Source of the DNA: a virus | Strand: one strand, 5' to 3' | Length of the DNA: 64,000 bases | IMG/VR virus record: IMGVR_UViG_3300020477_001012 | Coordinates: 109,843 to 173,842 of that record | Shown: one piece after another, positions 7,789 through 19,181 of the stretch | How the letters are laid out: every line of letters starts with the position of its first letter | Position numbering within the stretch: position 1 is the first letter of the stretch | The notes under the pieces: model-generated | The model's database searches: none | What the model was told of the DNA's origin: nothing | The model's input: only the letters and a program-made list of their open reading frames with translations | Position numbers and translations under genes: made by a program

Positions 7789-10700
7789 TTAAACAGGGTC
7801 AATGGTAAGATCTATATATTGGTCACTATTGTTGGCGTAGCTACCCCAGTCGCCCCGACTCCAAAAAGTGTGAGATATGTCGTTTTGGAAATGAAAAAAT
7901 ATGTCATATTTACCCTCATCAGAGGGGTTGTCTATCATGGCTTGAGTTACCTTATTTCCCTGTGTCAGCTCCTTGGGGTCTGAGTGTTCTTTTGGGTAAT
8001 TAGGGGCTTGTATGGAAAGTTGGAAATTATCAATGGATGTTGCCATTTGGGGCTTAGCGTCCGTAGCGTCCATGGTTTTTACTCGCCCCTGAACCAGATA
8101 TGCCTTAAACCCCTTACCGTGTACAGACACGGAGCTTACAGGCTCAATTTTGGCAGATCCTTGGGTGAAGCTTTTGAGTTTATTCATATGAGCTTGGGTC
8201 ATATTTCCCTGATTTGAGAGCTTAAAAAGTTTAGTATGATCAAAATACGTGCCTGAACTTACAAGCTCAAATTGATTAATAAATCCTTTGTGATCACCCA
8301 AGTCTGTAACATAGCTCACCTTGAGTTCGCAATCGCTACCCGCAATTGTGAATCTGTCTCCCACCTTATAATTTTTACCCAAATCCTGAACCACCATGTT
8401 CACGACCCACGGAGTTTTCGTTTGCGCATCCGGCGTGCTTGGTTCATCAATGAACTTATGGGTAGACAGGTGGGTCTGTGGCAAGCCTCCGCTGTGATAG
8501 ACCCCGGCGCTTTGGGTCGCAAGAGATGCAACGTGATCAGTTAAGGTTATCTTGTCTCCTACATCCCAAGGAAATGCCACCCTCTTGTAAGCATATTTAA
8601 ACGGAAGTAATTTCCCCCTTCTAATTTTGTTTATTTCCCACTTACCGGAAGGCAGGAGTGGATCATTAATGGCTGCGGCCGTGTCTTTGCACGCATCTCC
8701 GAATATCTGGTAGTCATTCAAAAGTTCAGTGGGAAGGTTAAGAACGGTAGTATCCTCTTGGTCTGCTTTTTTGACGCAGGTGGGGATTCTTATGTCCACC
8801 GTGCTATCTGCGATGGCAATGTTATGATCTGGTATACCGTCCCCATCTGTGTCTTGGCCCTCTCTCCTGACAGCCACATCAAAAATCGTCGCCCCATGAT
8901 TGAAATGGTGGACCGCAAAGAATCTAGGATCATAAATTGTCTGCTCTCTGGGCCAAGCGTAATAAATTCTAGCGGACAAATTGGTGGTATGGAAGTCGTT
9001 ATACGTTAATGAGGGACCACCCCAAGTAGATAACCACTTGGTCGTATCCCCAATCCTGTAGCCAAAGTCTGATTGCATTCCAAATATCTGATCAGTGGTG
9101 AAATTAATAAACTGAGAGGCCGAAACCGTGCAAATAGCGCCTATAACACCCACAGCGCCTGCTGGCTCTGAATCTGATGTGGTCGGCCCGAGCGGCCACT
9201 TGTTCTGGTGAGCTGACCAAGAATCGTGTGACGAGAAGTGCTCAGATGGATCATTTGAGGCAAATAAGGACTGTGGATAATCCACGTTAAAGCTAAGACC
9301 ATAAGCTGGGCGATTATGAAAATCAGGAGCACCATTCATGTATAAATTGTTGAATCCTCCCGGGCCGAACTGCTTCTCTCTATCACGAGAAGTTTTGGAG
9401 ACAAGAGTTCCTCCGGGTATGCTGAAAAGACCGTGTGAAGCTAGTTGCGACATTTTTCTTTCGCCATAATGATAAAAATCTCGACGCTCAAACTCTGCCA
9501 GAACGGCGGCTGTTTCCGACATAGGGGTAACACCAGCATATACTTCTGCCTTAAGGGGCCGGAACTGTATTTTATTGGCCGTTTTGGGCTGGAAATCATA
9601 AGCGCTGTCGTCCGCAGCTCCAACTCCAGTATAATCGCTGCCCAAAGTGGCGTCATGACTAACTGTGTCTCCATCTGTATATTTCCGTTTATGTAACCAG
9701 TTATACGCACAATTTCCCAGAGGATCATCAGGGGAATAAAAGAAATGGTCCTTTAAGTGGGTTCTTAAAGCTGATCCGGTAAGTGTCGTATTATGTACCG
9801 CCTTGGTGATCTCATAAAGACTAGTTAATGGCCTACCGTAGCTGCCGCTGGGGGAAGCATTCATAGCAATGTCGGCGGGCAGATGGGGGACATCATGGTT
9901 ACCATTAAAAATATCCGCAAACATAGCTAGCCGTATGGTTTTGTCGGGATCATTGGGATCTATTATTGACGGGCTTTCCGAATAAACATGCCTATCCGAC
10001 TCCATACTAGTCCCGCCATCAAATGCTATTTCCGTAGAATCTATCCCTCCCGCGTTGAAATAAGCAGCATTCTGTCTTGGCGAAACCTCAAAAGATCGAG
10101 TGTCGGAATAATACTCTGCCCCATTTCTATCTACATCCTCATCCGCGCCCTTATAACCGTTCGGGAATACGCACCCAAAAAATGGCCCAGATGTTTCTGG
10201 TGGAGGATCACTAATCACAGTTCCAATGGGGTCTTGACCATACACGGTGGCCCCAAGAGACCTAGTCTCCCCTCTGGTTCCACCAACATATCTGTCCATA
10301 AAATCAAACGAGGTAAACTGATGATATCCATCCAGCTCAGTGTCAAAGGAACTGATATTTCTAGTGTAGAGATGTGGGCTTTGGGCGGGATCGGCATTCC
10401 AATTGTCGGCATCACCATGGTAATACTGGACATGAAAGGATTTCTCGGCACGTTCAGGAGAAATCCTTGCGTTGTTCTTGTCTCGGAAAAAATACTGGAG
10501 ACTTGTCGCAAAGTATGTAAAGTCCCATCGCCCCTCAAAAACCGAAACACCTACTGCATCCTCTGTAACACCACTTCCAAACTCTAAGGGCATCCAAAGT
10601 CCGTTGATTTCATTAAGTATAACAGTTGTGTCTGTCTCCCAGATGCGCCCGGGATCAGGATTGTGTACAATAACCTTAAACTTTTCTTTGTTGTCCTTGC

Positions 10701-11904
10701 GGCAATCTTTAGGCAGAACGTAATTGGGCGTCCACTGCATGGGATTCCCATTCTGCATGGTAATAGGTATTGCTGCCCCGCTCCCTAGAACCAAATGTTT
10801 TGGGTCTTCTGTGTCGTCTAAAACATCCTTGTTGTCTTGGTCCTCCATGTCTTTTGCTGTGGCGGCCCATGTCGCGGCGGGAATGGTCTGGGAAATTTTA
10901 GCTAACATCTGTTTACTTCCAGATTGCCATTTACCCGTCATGTGGTTCATGTGCATATCCACATCTCCCACCACCTTGTTCTCGGGCTTATCTTCTACTT
11001 CCGAAATTTCTCCATCTTCCGAGTTTCCGTCCCGGCCAGCCACGTCTCTTGGCACCCCAGCGTGTTTCATGGCGCTCATAATGGCTGTTCTTCCGGTCTT
11101 TCTCTCCGACCTTTCATCGTAAAGGTACAATTGAATGTTAAAGGATTCCGTCTTGTGTGCCGGAACAAGGTTTCCAGCATCATCACTAAATAGTTGCCCC
11201 GGCGCTACATCAAAGGTTACTGCCACCGGGTATATTAAGCAACCAGATTTGCTGGTTTTAATATCTTCAATGAACCTATGCCGGGCTTGAGCTTCGTCAT
11301 TCCACTTAGACACATCTGGCTCTTTCACTAAGTAGTCACGCACCCAGTCATTCATGGCAATAATATTAGTCACCTCGTATGTCCCACCGTCAGCGACTGG
11401 AAGTCCAAGAAGCCTTTTTGGTTCCAACAAATTAGAAAAAGTTCCATCGTTAATATCATCACTTGCGGCTGGAATCCACTTAATGGCTTTGAAAAAATCT
11501 ATGTCTAAGTCCGCGTAGTCGTAATTATTGCCATGCCACGGTTTATCTTCTGCCTCTGGTCTACCGTCAGCATAAGCCCAAGTTAGGTCAAATTTCTTTT
11601 CTTGATACTTACCCTTGTTGTTTCCCTCAAACCTCCACACTTCAGATGTCCCCTGTGAGGGCGGGTGTGGACCTGCGGCCCCCGCTATTGTCGGAGTCAT
11701 GTTAAAAAACACACTGGGCGTTATGTGCGATTGGTCCTGTAAGACTAGAGACCTATTTATAAACTTACCCCCTGCACCCCTATGGTACCACCAGTCGTAC
11801 AGTGTTCCTGTTGTAAATGTAGAAAGACCTAGCTCTTTCATCCACTCACTGTCGGTCACAAAGACGTGAAAATCCTCGGCCTCATTATTCTTAAATAAAT
11901 CCAT
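7789..11904 (-). CDS. large putative tail-tip/baseplate protein
   Basis: 1371 aa, downstream of the TMP; contains DTDGDGIPD, a Dx[DN]xDG Ca-binding-type loop. Confidence 0.55.
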   Translation of the reverse strand: MDLFKNNEAEDFHVFVTDSEWMKELGLSTFTTGTLYDWWYHRGAGGKFINRSLVLQDQSHITPSVFFNMTPTIAGAAGPHPPSQGTSEVWRFEGNNKGKYQEKKFDLTWAYADGRPEAEDKPWHGNNYDYADLDIDFFKAIKWIPAASDDINDGTFSNLLEPKRLLGLPVADGGTYEVTNIIAMNDWVRDYLVKEPDVSKWNDEAQARHRFIEDIKTSKSGCLIYPVAVTFDVAPGQLFSDDAGNLVPAHKTESFNIQLYLYDERSERKTGRTAIMSAMKHAGVPRDVAGRDGNSEDGEISEVEDKPENKVVGDVDMHMNHMTGKWQSGSKQMLAKISQTIPAATWAATAKDMEDQDNKDVLDDTEDPKHLVLGSGAAIPITMQNGNPMQWTPNYVLPKDCRKDNKEKFKVIVHNPDPGRIWETDTTVILNEINGLWMPLEFGSGVTEDAVGVSVFEGRWDFTYFATSLQYFFRDKNNARISPERAEKSFHVQYYHGDADNWNADPAQSPHLYTRNISSFDTELDGYHQFTSFDFMDRYVGGTRGETRSLGATVYGQDPIGTVISDPPPETSGPFFGCVFPNGYKGADEDVDRNGAEYYSDTRSFEVSPRQNAAYFNAGGIDSTEIAFDGGTSMESDRHVYSESPSIIDPNDPDKTIRLAMFADIFNGNHDVPHLPADIAMNASPSGSYGRPLTSLYEITKAVHNTTLTGSALRTHLKDHFFYSPDDPLGNCAYNWLHKRKYTDGDTVSHDATLGSDYTGVGAADDSAYDFQPKTANKIQFRPLKAEVYAGVTPMSETAAVLAEFERRDFYHYGERKMSQLASHGLFSIPGGTLVSKTSRDREKQFGPGGFNNLYMNGAPDFHNRPAYGLSFNVDYPQSLFASNDPSEHFSSHDSWSAHQNKWPLGPTTSDSEPAGAVGVIGAICTVSASQFINFTTDQIFGMQSDFGYRIGDTTKWLSTWGGPSLTYNDFHTTNLSARIYYAWPREQTIYDPRFFAVHHFNHGATIFDVAVRREGQDTDGDGIPDHNIAIADSTVDIRIPTCVKKADQEDTTVLNLPTELLNDYQIFGDACKDTAAAINDPLLPSGKWEINKIRRGKLLPFKYAYKRVAFPWDVGDKITLTDHVASLATQSAGVYHSGGLPQTHLSTHKFIDEPSTPDAQTKTPWVVNMVVQDLGKNYKVGDRFTIAGSDCELKVSYVTDLGDHKGFINQFELVSSGTYFDHTKLFKLSNQGNMTQAHMNKLKSFTQGSAKIEPVSSVSVHGKGFKAYLVQGRVKTMDATDAKPQMATSIDNFQLSIQAPNYPKEHSDPKELTQGNKVTQAMIDNPSDEGKYDIFFHFQNDISHTFWSRGDWGSYANNSDQYIDLTIDPV

Positions 11905-11916
11905 CTTATTCCTTTC

Positions 11917-14900
11917 TTATTCCGGTCTTGGCTTTGGTGGTTTCGGGGCGGGCATATCAGGTTCATTGGGGTCATTAGAAACCCATTGAGCTAAAGAGTC
12001 ATGGGCATCATTTAAGTTACCAATAATGTTAATAGCCATCTTACCACCATTTATAATCGCATCAAGCATTCCTGCGTCTGCCTCTGTGGAGGTGGCTTCC
12101 GTTTGATCCGGCCCCGATGTAGCTCCCCCTTGAATAGCTGTACTTACCACATCTTTGGTTCCATCAACAGGAACTCCATGGTTATATCTTTCTTTATATC
12201 CAACCAAATAATCCATACGAGCTGCCTCGCCCTTTTCTAAAGTGGTAAAATGCTCCTCTGTTGATTTTGTTCTCGCCACTAGTTCCGCTCCCCCCGCAGA
12301 TAGAACACTACCAAACAAATTGACGTTGCTCGAAGATTTGCCCAACCCTCTTCTAATTGCAGAATTGTTTTGATCTATAATTTTTTGTCTTTCTCTGGAT
12401 ATTGTTGCTATGTTGCCCTCTTTTTGTTTTTGCAGCTTACCAAAGCTGGAAGTATATAGATCCATTTTTACGGCAGTGCTGATCTTATCAGTCCCAATGT
12501 CAACGCTAATCGAAGTGACCAGTGGGCCGCCCTTCTTTAATGCTTTTGCCAGACTTATACCTGTGGGAGCTTGAGGAAATGTAAAACCTCCACGCTCACT
12601 AAACAGAAGCAAGCTGTTAGAAAATTGGGCCTGCAATGATCCTGCCGCATTCATGAGCTGATACCCAGCAAAATTCCAAGGGGCAAGGTTTTCATCCTTA
12701 ACAAATTCTATTTTGCCCCCAATATTCATCACCCCCGGAGATCCAGTGTTAGGATCTAATGATGTTGCGGACAGCCAAGGTCCATAACATCTCTCCATTG
12801 ACATTAATGGCATAGCCACCATGCTAGGGTATACCGGAGAAGGCGATATGAAAGATAGCTTACTAGCATCAAGGCTGGCCCCCTGCATCGCCTGCTTCTG
12901 CAATCTTCTTGCTGTTCCCAGATCCTCGAAATCAAACTTGACCACTTTATCCACATGTATAGGTTTATCGCTATTTACAATCGGGGCCGGTTTGTCAAAG
13001 CCCGGGACACCCCTAACTACATCTCGCGTCATAAGGTTATACATACCAACCGCATTAAAAGAAGCTAATGGGCCATCTAGGTACCTCATGTCTACACCGG
13101 GTTTAATACGTCCCGGCAGTGTAATTAAGGCATACACATTGCTGGCGTCCAAATTATCCGTCCTTGAATTAACAATTTCGCCTTTCAGATTGTCATCATA
13201 GAATCTTACAAAGTCTTCATTTTGAACAGTTTTTTTCTTCCCCTCTGCTGGGGAAAAGCTAGGTTGTAATTTTTCAGTAACCTTTTTAGCCACCTTGCAC
13301 CCATCCGAATCTTTGGTGAATTCTACTCTAACCTTGGGTTTTGATATTTTTACCTTAAAATCCCTTGCCCACACTTTTGTGGGAACCTCTGCTGTGCGAG
13401 GGGGCATATATAATTCTTCACTGACATCACATTTGACATAAGCAACAGACGGTCCCTGACGTTTCAAAAGCTTATCATCTGCAATTTTGGCCTGCACCTG
13501 CTGCATGCTCATTTTCCTATCTGGATGAAGATTGTCTAACTCCTCCATCACATCAGGAATAAAACCTTTCGCTGTAATACTTTGCTGAGCAATAGACTTA
13601 GAATCAACAGTGCTAAAATCGAGGTGTTCACTGTGGTCATACCTAGCATAGCAAGACACCCTACCCCCATCGCCCAGCAGATTAGTTAAATCCATAGGGG
13701 CTAATGATTGCTGTGAGGCTGGAGGGAGGTTAGCAAACGGAACATTGCTTGCTTCTGCAAGCGACAAGTTTCTGTTATAGAGAGCAAAATTAAAGAACCC
13801 TCCTTGTGGCTCAGGCTTGTAATTAAATTCCCACTTTTCAGAGATAGGATTGAAGCTGCCCTTTAAAGCACCGTAGGTATACTTAGCCACATGAGTGTTG
13901 TCTAAATAATGCTCATATGTATCTTTAAACAGCACATTGCTTTGTAATATCGACATTTCTGTTGTAAATGAAAAGCTACTCGCAAAGTTCAGGGTGTTGT
14001 TCACTGGCTGGGGTCTAAAGCCAAACGGACCATTCTCTATGCTCCCAACCTCCTCTGGGCTGTACAGAGTTATATCAGAGGAATAATTTACATTGCAAGA
14101 GTTGGGAATCTTCACCAAGAATTTTTTGCCCAAATTCTCCTCAGCAACCTTCTTTACAAAGTTGTAAACTTTTTTTGCGTTTTTCAGGTGCTCTTTGGCC
14201 ATACGGGACATATTTTTCACTAGACCCATGTTGGCATTAAGGGTGCTTTTTATTTCTTGTAGTTCAACCTTATCACTGGCCTGAATTGATGCCAACATCT
14301 GATCAAGTGTCTCTGAATATTTCTTGGCTTCCGCTATAGCGGTTGCGACTTCGGCTAACTGGGCTGCAAGCTTGATTCGATCTGGCCAACCCATATCACC
14401 AAGAAGCAACCGATGCGTTCTCGCAAACGCTTTCTCCAATCTTGTTATTTCCTCCATCGCGTCGTCTTTTAAAATTTTGAACTCAGGAGCGTTGTTGTCT
14501 AGTTTCTTTTTAAGTCGCTCAACATTACTCATGCATGACGTGACTGCGCTTTGAATAGACGCGATGCCGCCCTCGGGAATACCTATTTTCTCAGCGCGCT
14601 TGTAGTATAATGGATAACCATAAGGAGGCGCACACGGGCTGGCAGGAAGGCCATCTGGCCCCATGTAATTTTTATCAGAATTAAATAAACATCTTGGTAC
14701 AGACACGCCGAAATCTCTACCCGTGAACATGGATTTTAGGGCATCTTTTGCGTCTGCGTCACCAGATAGTGCATCAATCTTGTTCTCTGCATCCGCCGTG
14801 AGTCCACCGCCCGCAGCGATCAATGTGGTCTCCCAAGTCTGGTTCTCTGACAATTCCTGCATGTACACTTCGTCATATTGCAATAATAATGTCTTCCACT

Positions 14901-16731
14901 GTTCATATGACACTAGAGCGGCACGAAGCTCAATTTCTGTAGCTATGTAATAATTCCCCACACCATAGGCATTTAAAGAGGTGGCATCTAGCATTATTTG
15001 TTGATAAGAACCAAAACCCTTGGGTATTGTTACAGCTTTATCTGCCCCAAGGAAACCATAAAAGGGCAAAATTTGTTGTTTTAGGGATGTAGACAATCGC
15101 CACTTATCGGTCTGCAATAATTCATAGGAGTTGGGTCTGCCGTTGTTCTTTTTTCTAAGCTCTAAATTGTCCCTGTCTTTATTGTTACTAAAATAATACA
15201 TCTCAACTTCTTGAGCGCCAACTACAAACTTGTCAGTTGTAACGTTAGACAACTCGTAACCTAAATCTTGACTCTCTACGTCTACACCCCGTGCGTGCAG
15301 AGTATCCAAATAGGATTTGATGGCCCCGTATTTTGGAGGCTTGCTTTTATCTATAGCGTCCACGCGAATAATACCGGCAATGACCTGAGACGCATTAATG
15401 GGCGCTATATATTTATTCCACTCGTCGATAAAACTACAAGCAGGATGATCAATTATGGGCAATAAGCTAACAAACAGCTCATGACTTGTAACGTCACATA
15501 TCTCTTGGGCCAACTCCAAAAGATTCATCTGATCAAAATCCATAAAATACATTGACGGAATATGCTTTGTGGGCAGCCCAGAGAAATCTACAACATATTT
15601 ATATCCCCTAAAATCTATCGCCCCGCCAAAGCCAGCGTCAACATACTCTTGTGGTAGCAACCCATTGTAATTAAATAGCGATACTAACGCTTGTTCAATT
15701 CTGTACCAAGGCATACCCTTGTCGCTTCTTCTAGAGAAGCCTTGACCAGTAACCGGGAAGTACTCAGGAAGTTCACCAAAGGGCGGGGGCACATTGCATT
15801 TTCTAGCAGGGGCGCCAACTGGACCCAAGTAATACATATCATTACCAAAATACCCAACGTTTCCAAATGCGTCCACCCCTTTAGTAAGTATGCTCTTACC
15901 CATAGCATTGCTGTCTAAGCAGTTCCGAACGCTATCGCTAAGATCATATTCTAAGAAACCATATACATTAATTAGATTCTTATTATTAAATGTGCTTCCT
16001 TGGTAATTATTTAATAAGATAACCGCGTTGGTCAAAATTTCTCTAGGGTCAGTAACCTGCACTGAGTACAGCGGGTTGCCAGCAGAGCTACGATTTTGAG
16101 TGTAGCTCTGTAAAATTCCACCAAATGCAAAATGGTCTTTACCTCTCCATTTTGTATTTGGATTCCATAAAGCTGACCTGTCTTCCCATATCCCCTTCTT
16201 TGCATCTGAATCAGTGGTTTTTACCAAGAAGTGATGGGGCAATTGGACTTCTGTTGAGCCTGCTACTTGAGGGAAAGCAACTGGGGCAGCCAATGTGTCG
16301 CCGTAACTTGGGTATGTGTCATCAAATGTCTTTCGGTAAGCCTGCTCAATGTCTGCGGGGTTTCCACCAAACTTAAAATAAACAGGTGTCCCAACCACGG
16401 GGGGCATGAATTGATCCCTACCCCCGTTGTGGTAAGCGTCATCTCCGCTACCAAGAAGTGTCTGGTCAGACAAATTATACTCGTCGTTAACTAGTTCCAC
16501 AGATAGAGTGGACGTGGTATCTCCAAAACCTGCGTTAAGATTAAAACTTCTAATTGATGCGCCCAGAAAGGTCTGCTGAGGGAGGCCCTCATTACCCTTA
16601 GTCCACCCAGCCGACGAGAAAGAACCCCCTTTCCCGTGAGGCAGGTTGTGGTGCTTGGGCCAATCTTGCTGATAATATCCACTGGGTCTTACGAACCCAT
16701 GAACATTGTCTGTGTCATAATTGTAACTCAT
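11917..16731 (-). CDS. large putative tail hub/baseplate protein
   Basis: About 1604 aa using the ATG at 16731 after GAGGAAGG; FLGASIRSF..STLSVELV..YSVQVTDPREIL hub-like N-terminus; central coiled coil. Confidence 0.55.
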   Translation of the reverse strand: MSYNYDTDNVHGFVRPSGYYQQDWPKHHNLPHGKGGSFSSAGWTKGNEGLPQQTFLGASIRSFNLNAGFGDTTSTLSVELVNDEYNLSDQTLLGSGDDAYHNGGRDQFMPPVVGTPVYFKFGGNPADIEQAYRKTFDDTYPSYGDTLAAPVAFPQVAGSTEVQLPHHFLVKTTDSDAKKGIWEDRSALWNPNTKWRGKDHFAFGGILQSYTQNRSSAGNPLYSVQVTDPREILTNAVILLNNYQGSTFNNKNLINVYGFLEYDLSDSVRNCLDSNAMGKSILTKGVDAFGNVGYFGNDMYYLGPVGAPARKCNVPPPFGELPEYFPVTGQGFSRRSDKGMPWYRIEQALVSLFNYNGLLPQEYVDAGFGGAIDFRGYKYVVDFSGLPTKHIPSMYFMDFDQMNLLELAQEICDVTSHELFVSLLPIIDHPACSFIDEWNKYIAPINASQVIAGIIRVDAIDKSKPPKYGAIKSYLDTLHARGVDVESQDLGYELSNVTTDKFVVGAQEVEMYYFSNNKDRDNLELRKKNNGRPNSYELLQTDKWRLSTSLKQQILPFYGFLGADKAVTIPKGFGSYQQIMLDATSLNAYGVGNYYIATEIELRAALVSYEQWKTLLLQYDEVYMQELSENQTWETTLIAAGGGLTADAENKIDALSGDADAKDALKSMFTGRDFGVSVPRCLFNSDKNYMGPDGLPASPCAPPYGYPLYYKRAEKIGIPEGGIASIQSAVTSCMSNVERLKKKLDNNAPEFKILKDDAMEEITRLEKAFARTHRLLLGDMGWPDRIKLAAQLAEVATAIAEAKKYSETLDQMLASIQASDKVELQEIKSTLNANMGLVKNMSRMAKEHLKNAKKVYNFVKKVAEENLGKKFLVKIPNSCNVNYSSDITLYSPEEVGSIENGPFGFRPQPVNNTLNFASSFSFTTEMSILQSNVLFKDTYEHYLDNTHVAKYTYGALKGSFNPISEKWEFNYKPEPQGGFFNFALYNRNLSLAEASNVPFANLPPASQQSLAPMDLTNLLGDGGRVSCYARYDHSEHLDFSTVDSKSIAQQSITAKGFIPDVMEELDNLHPDRKMSMQQVQAKIADDKLLKRQGPSVAYVKCDVSEELYMPPRTAEVPTKVWARDFKVKISKPKVRVEFTKDSDGCKVAKKVTEKLQPSFSPAEGKKKTVQNEDFVRFYDDNLKGEIVNSRTDNLDASNVYALITLPGRIKPGVDMRYLDGPLASFNAVGMYNLMTRDVVRGVPGFDKPAPIVNSDKPIHVDKVVKFDFEDLGTARRLQKQAMQGASLDASKLSFISPSPVYPSMVAMPLMSMERCYGPWLSATSLDPNTGSPGVMNIGGKIEFVKDENLAPWNFAGYQLMNAAGSLQAQFSNSLLLFSERGGFTFPQAPTGISLAKALKKGGPLVTSISVDIGTDKISTAVKMDLYTSSFGKLQKQKEGNIATISRERQKIIDQNNSAIRRGLGKSSSNVNLFGSVLSAGGAELVARTKSTEEHFTTLEKGEAARMDYLVGYKERYNHGVPVDGTKDVVSTAIQGGATSGPDQTEATSTEADAGMLDAIINGGKMAINIIGNLNDAHDSLAQWVSNDPNEPDMPAPKPPKPRPE

Positions 16732-16749
16732 AATATCCTTCCTCAATAA

Positions 16750-17304
16750 CTAAGCATATATTGTAGCAGCGTAGGGGACATATGCCGTGCTTACAATGTA
16801 ATCAGATACGTATGGGATAAAAACTGGCAGACCTGTATCCAAATCGTAATGGTGAACGTAGGGATTGAAAACATTGAAATCGGTAACTGGCGGGACTGTC
16901 CCATGCTTGTTAAACTTTCCTTCAAATCCATTGTAATAAAAAACTCCGGTGTGCCCTGCTGCACTTGCGCCGGTCAAGACGCCATAAGTCTTCCAATGAT
17001 TCAGATCGGGGTTCTCTGCTGGTACTTCCCCATCAGTTTTAATTAATCCTGACGCCGCCCAATACTCATCAGAAAACTTCCCATCCGCAGGGTGAGGAAA
17101 ATACACATTAATACCACTACCATTATGATACTCGTGAGCCTGCCTAGTGTCATAAAAATGAGCCTCTGAAGATGGCAACATCACCCCGCTACCTATACCC
17201 CACTGGTCTTCCCCAAGGGGCAAGCAAGGGTTATTCCAATGATAAGTATCATCAGTTTCTACAACGGTCGAAGTTGGTTGACACGTAGTCGTAGTAGTAG
17301 TCAT
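16750..17304 (-). CDS. hypothetical virion protein with N-terminal poly-Thr
   Basis: 184 aa starting MTTTTTTTC; TAATG coupling. Confidence 0.6.
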   Translation of the reverse strand: MTTTTTTCQPTSTVVETDDTYHWNNPCLPLGEDQWGIGSGVMLPSSEAHFYDTRQAHEYHNGSGINVYFPHPADGKFSDEYWAASGLIKTDGEVPAENPDLNHWKTYGVLTGASAAGHTGVFYYNGFEGKFNKHGTVPPVTDFNVFNPYVHHYDLDTGLPVFIPYVSDYIVSTAYVPYAATIYA

Positions 17305-19181
17305 TATTTATCCATCTCATATGTGAACGAGATATTAAAACTATAATTTCCATCCTTTGGACTCCAAGTCTCCGAAGGGGGAGACACAAAACACTTCCTG
17401 ACACCCGGCTCGCTATTGGGGCTAACCTCACGCAATAATTCTGCAATCTGTGTGGCCATTGGCTCAACTACGCTGGGCTTTTTAAGTATCAATGGGTTTC
17501 TACCAGAGCCATAAGGAATCTTAGTATAATCCATAACTAAATTCAAAGACACATCTCTTTTGTACTCTGTCCTGCCCCCAATATTTTGTAATATAGGACC
17601 AGTTGCTCTTCCTATAACGGGGACAATGGCAAAAACATCACCGGGATATGTATCGCTCACTTGCAAAGTCTCTACTATCGCTCCAGATATAATATTTGTG
17701 GGACGATTATCAAACGCTAAACTGTAGCTAAGTTCTCCAGTGTACTCATTAGACCCTATAGACACCGAAAGCGGTTGAGAGTTAAGCTGAACAGCAACCA
17801 TATTGTTGGCACGCCTATAAATGTCTGACCCCACCCCAAAAAGCCCACTGTTGGATATAGTGTTATATTTTCTTACGGCATTTTGATATGGGGTCTGCGC
17901 TGTTGTGGGTGTCGCCGGTGGTGGCGCCGGAGCCAAAGATTGAGGGAACCCACCAACAGGGCCTCCCAAGCCAATGCCGCCATACATTTCTCCACTGGGA
18001 GTGATGGTGCTCAGTCCCTTAATGTTGCCATCGATATTAACGCTCACGAACGGGGCGCTGTTGGATGTAGATAAATTAATATTGTAGTTCTCAAAAGCTG
18101 TGCCACTGGCCAAGAACCAGTTTTCAGTGACACTAAATGTACCCGCAGATTCACTAACATTCTCAGTTCTAACGCAGTTAAACCCACCATAATCATCCAT
18201 TAGATTTATGACGCCACTGCTTATCTTCCCGTATATGTTGGGATAACCAGAGGGAACCGCATCCTTGTGTAAACGTTGTGTTACAAACTTCCGAGCAGAT
18301 TCCCAAGCTGGAATTTTTTCTACAGATTCATTCTCCTTCATCATATAGTGTTTTTTGCCGGTAGCATTCAAAGAGTGGGATATTCTATATGACTTGGGCC
18401 TGATTTGTGTTACCCCGTTTGCATCGGTATATGTCTCGCCATTCTCGTCAACTTCAATCGACCAGTCTTCACTGAAGTCAGCAATGAACGCCCCGCTCAT
18501 TTCTACGACCAAGTCTTCTTCGGTTATACCAGAGGTTGCTGTACCGAAAGCTGGAGTGTCTAATAGTGATCTAAATTCTCCCGAAGCGTGCGGTATGAAT
18601 GTTCCCTCTTGGTCTACGTTAAGGGCGGCGTCATCTCTGTGAAACAGAATGTCGGCCTCTAGGTTAATCGTATAATCTGACCTAAGAACGTATGGGCCTT
18701 CCGAGAAGTCAATATTGGTTAGTCTCGGAAAACAAATAACAGCAGGCTGGTCTTCACTAAGGTCTGTAATTTCTAGCCGTTGCCCATCCTGCGCAAACAG
18801 TGCCCTAAGTGCTCTTTGTTTTGAAATCAATGCTGTTGCATGATGATCCATAGGCACTAGCTGGGTGGGTGGCCTACTACTAACGTGAGATATATTGTTG
18901 TCAAAAGAGCCGTGTGGACCAATACGAAGGGGGGCAGGCGTGGGTATGCCAAAGAATGGGAAAGTTCCACCAACAATACCAGCGTTCAAGCCAGTGTTAT
19001 CCGTAGCATAAGGCGTGCCCTCGTTGGGCAAAAGCGTGCCAGTTAATGTGATGCTGTAAGTAACACCATAAGCCTCGCCAGCACCATTCTTCAAGATGTT
19101 GGTAGATATTGAAATAAGCGGAGTGGGCCTAATGGTACACTCTTGATTTGAATCATTCTGATATCTAATTCTAATAGGCAT
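17304..19181 (-). CDS. putative distal tail/baseplate protein
   Basis: 625 aa beta-rich ORF in the post-TMP position, translationally coupled on both sides. Confidence 0.5.
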   Translation of the reverse strand: MPIRIRYQNDSNQECTIRPTPLISISTNILKNGAGEAYGVTYSITLTGTLLPNEGTPYATDNTGLNAGIVGGTFPFFGIPTPAPLRIGPHGSFDNNISHVSSRPPTQLVPMDHHATALISKQRALRALFAQDGQRLEITDLSEDQPAVICFPRLTNIDFSEGPYVLRSDYTINLEADILFHRDDAALNVDQEGTFIPHASGEFRSLLDTPAFGTATSGITEEDLVVEMSGAFIADFSEDWSIEVDENGETYTDANGVTQIRPKSYRISHSLNATGKKHYMMKENESVEKIPAWESARKFVTQRLHKDAVPSGYPNIYGKISSGVINLMDDYGGFNCVRTENVSESAGTFSVTENWFLASGTAFENYNINLSTSNSAPFVSVNIDGNIKGLSTITPSGEMYGGIGLGGPVGGFPQSLAPAPPPATPTTAQTPYQNAVRKYNTISNSGLFGVGSDIYRRANNMVAVQLNSQPLSVSIGSNEYTGELSYSLAFDNRPTNIISGAIVETLQVSDTYPGDVFAIVPVIGRATGPILQNIGGRTEYKRDVSLNLVMDYTKIPYGSGRNPLILKKPSVVEPMATQIAELLREVSPNSEPGVRKCFVSPPSETWSPKDGNYSFNISFTYEMDK

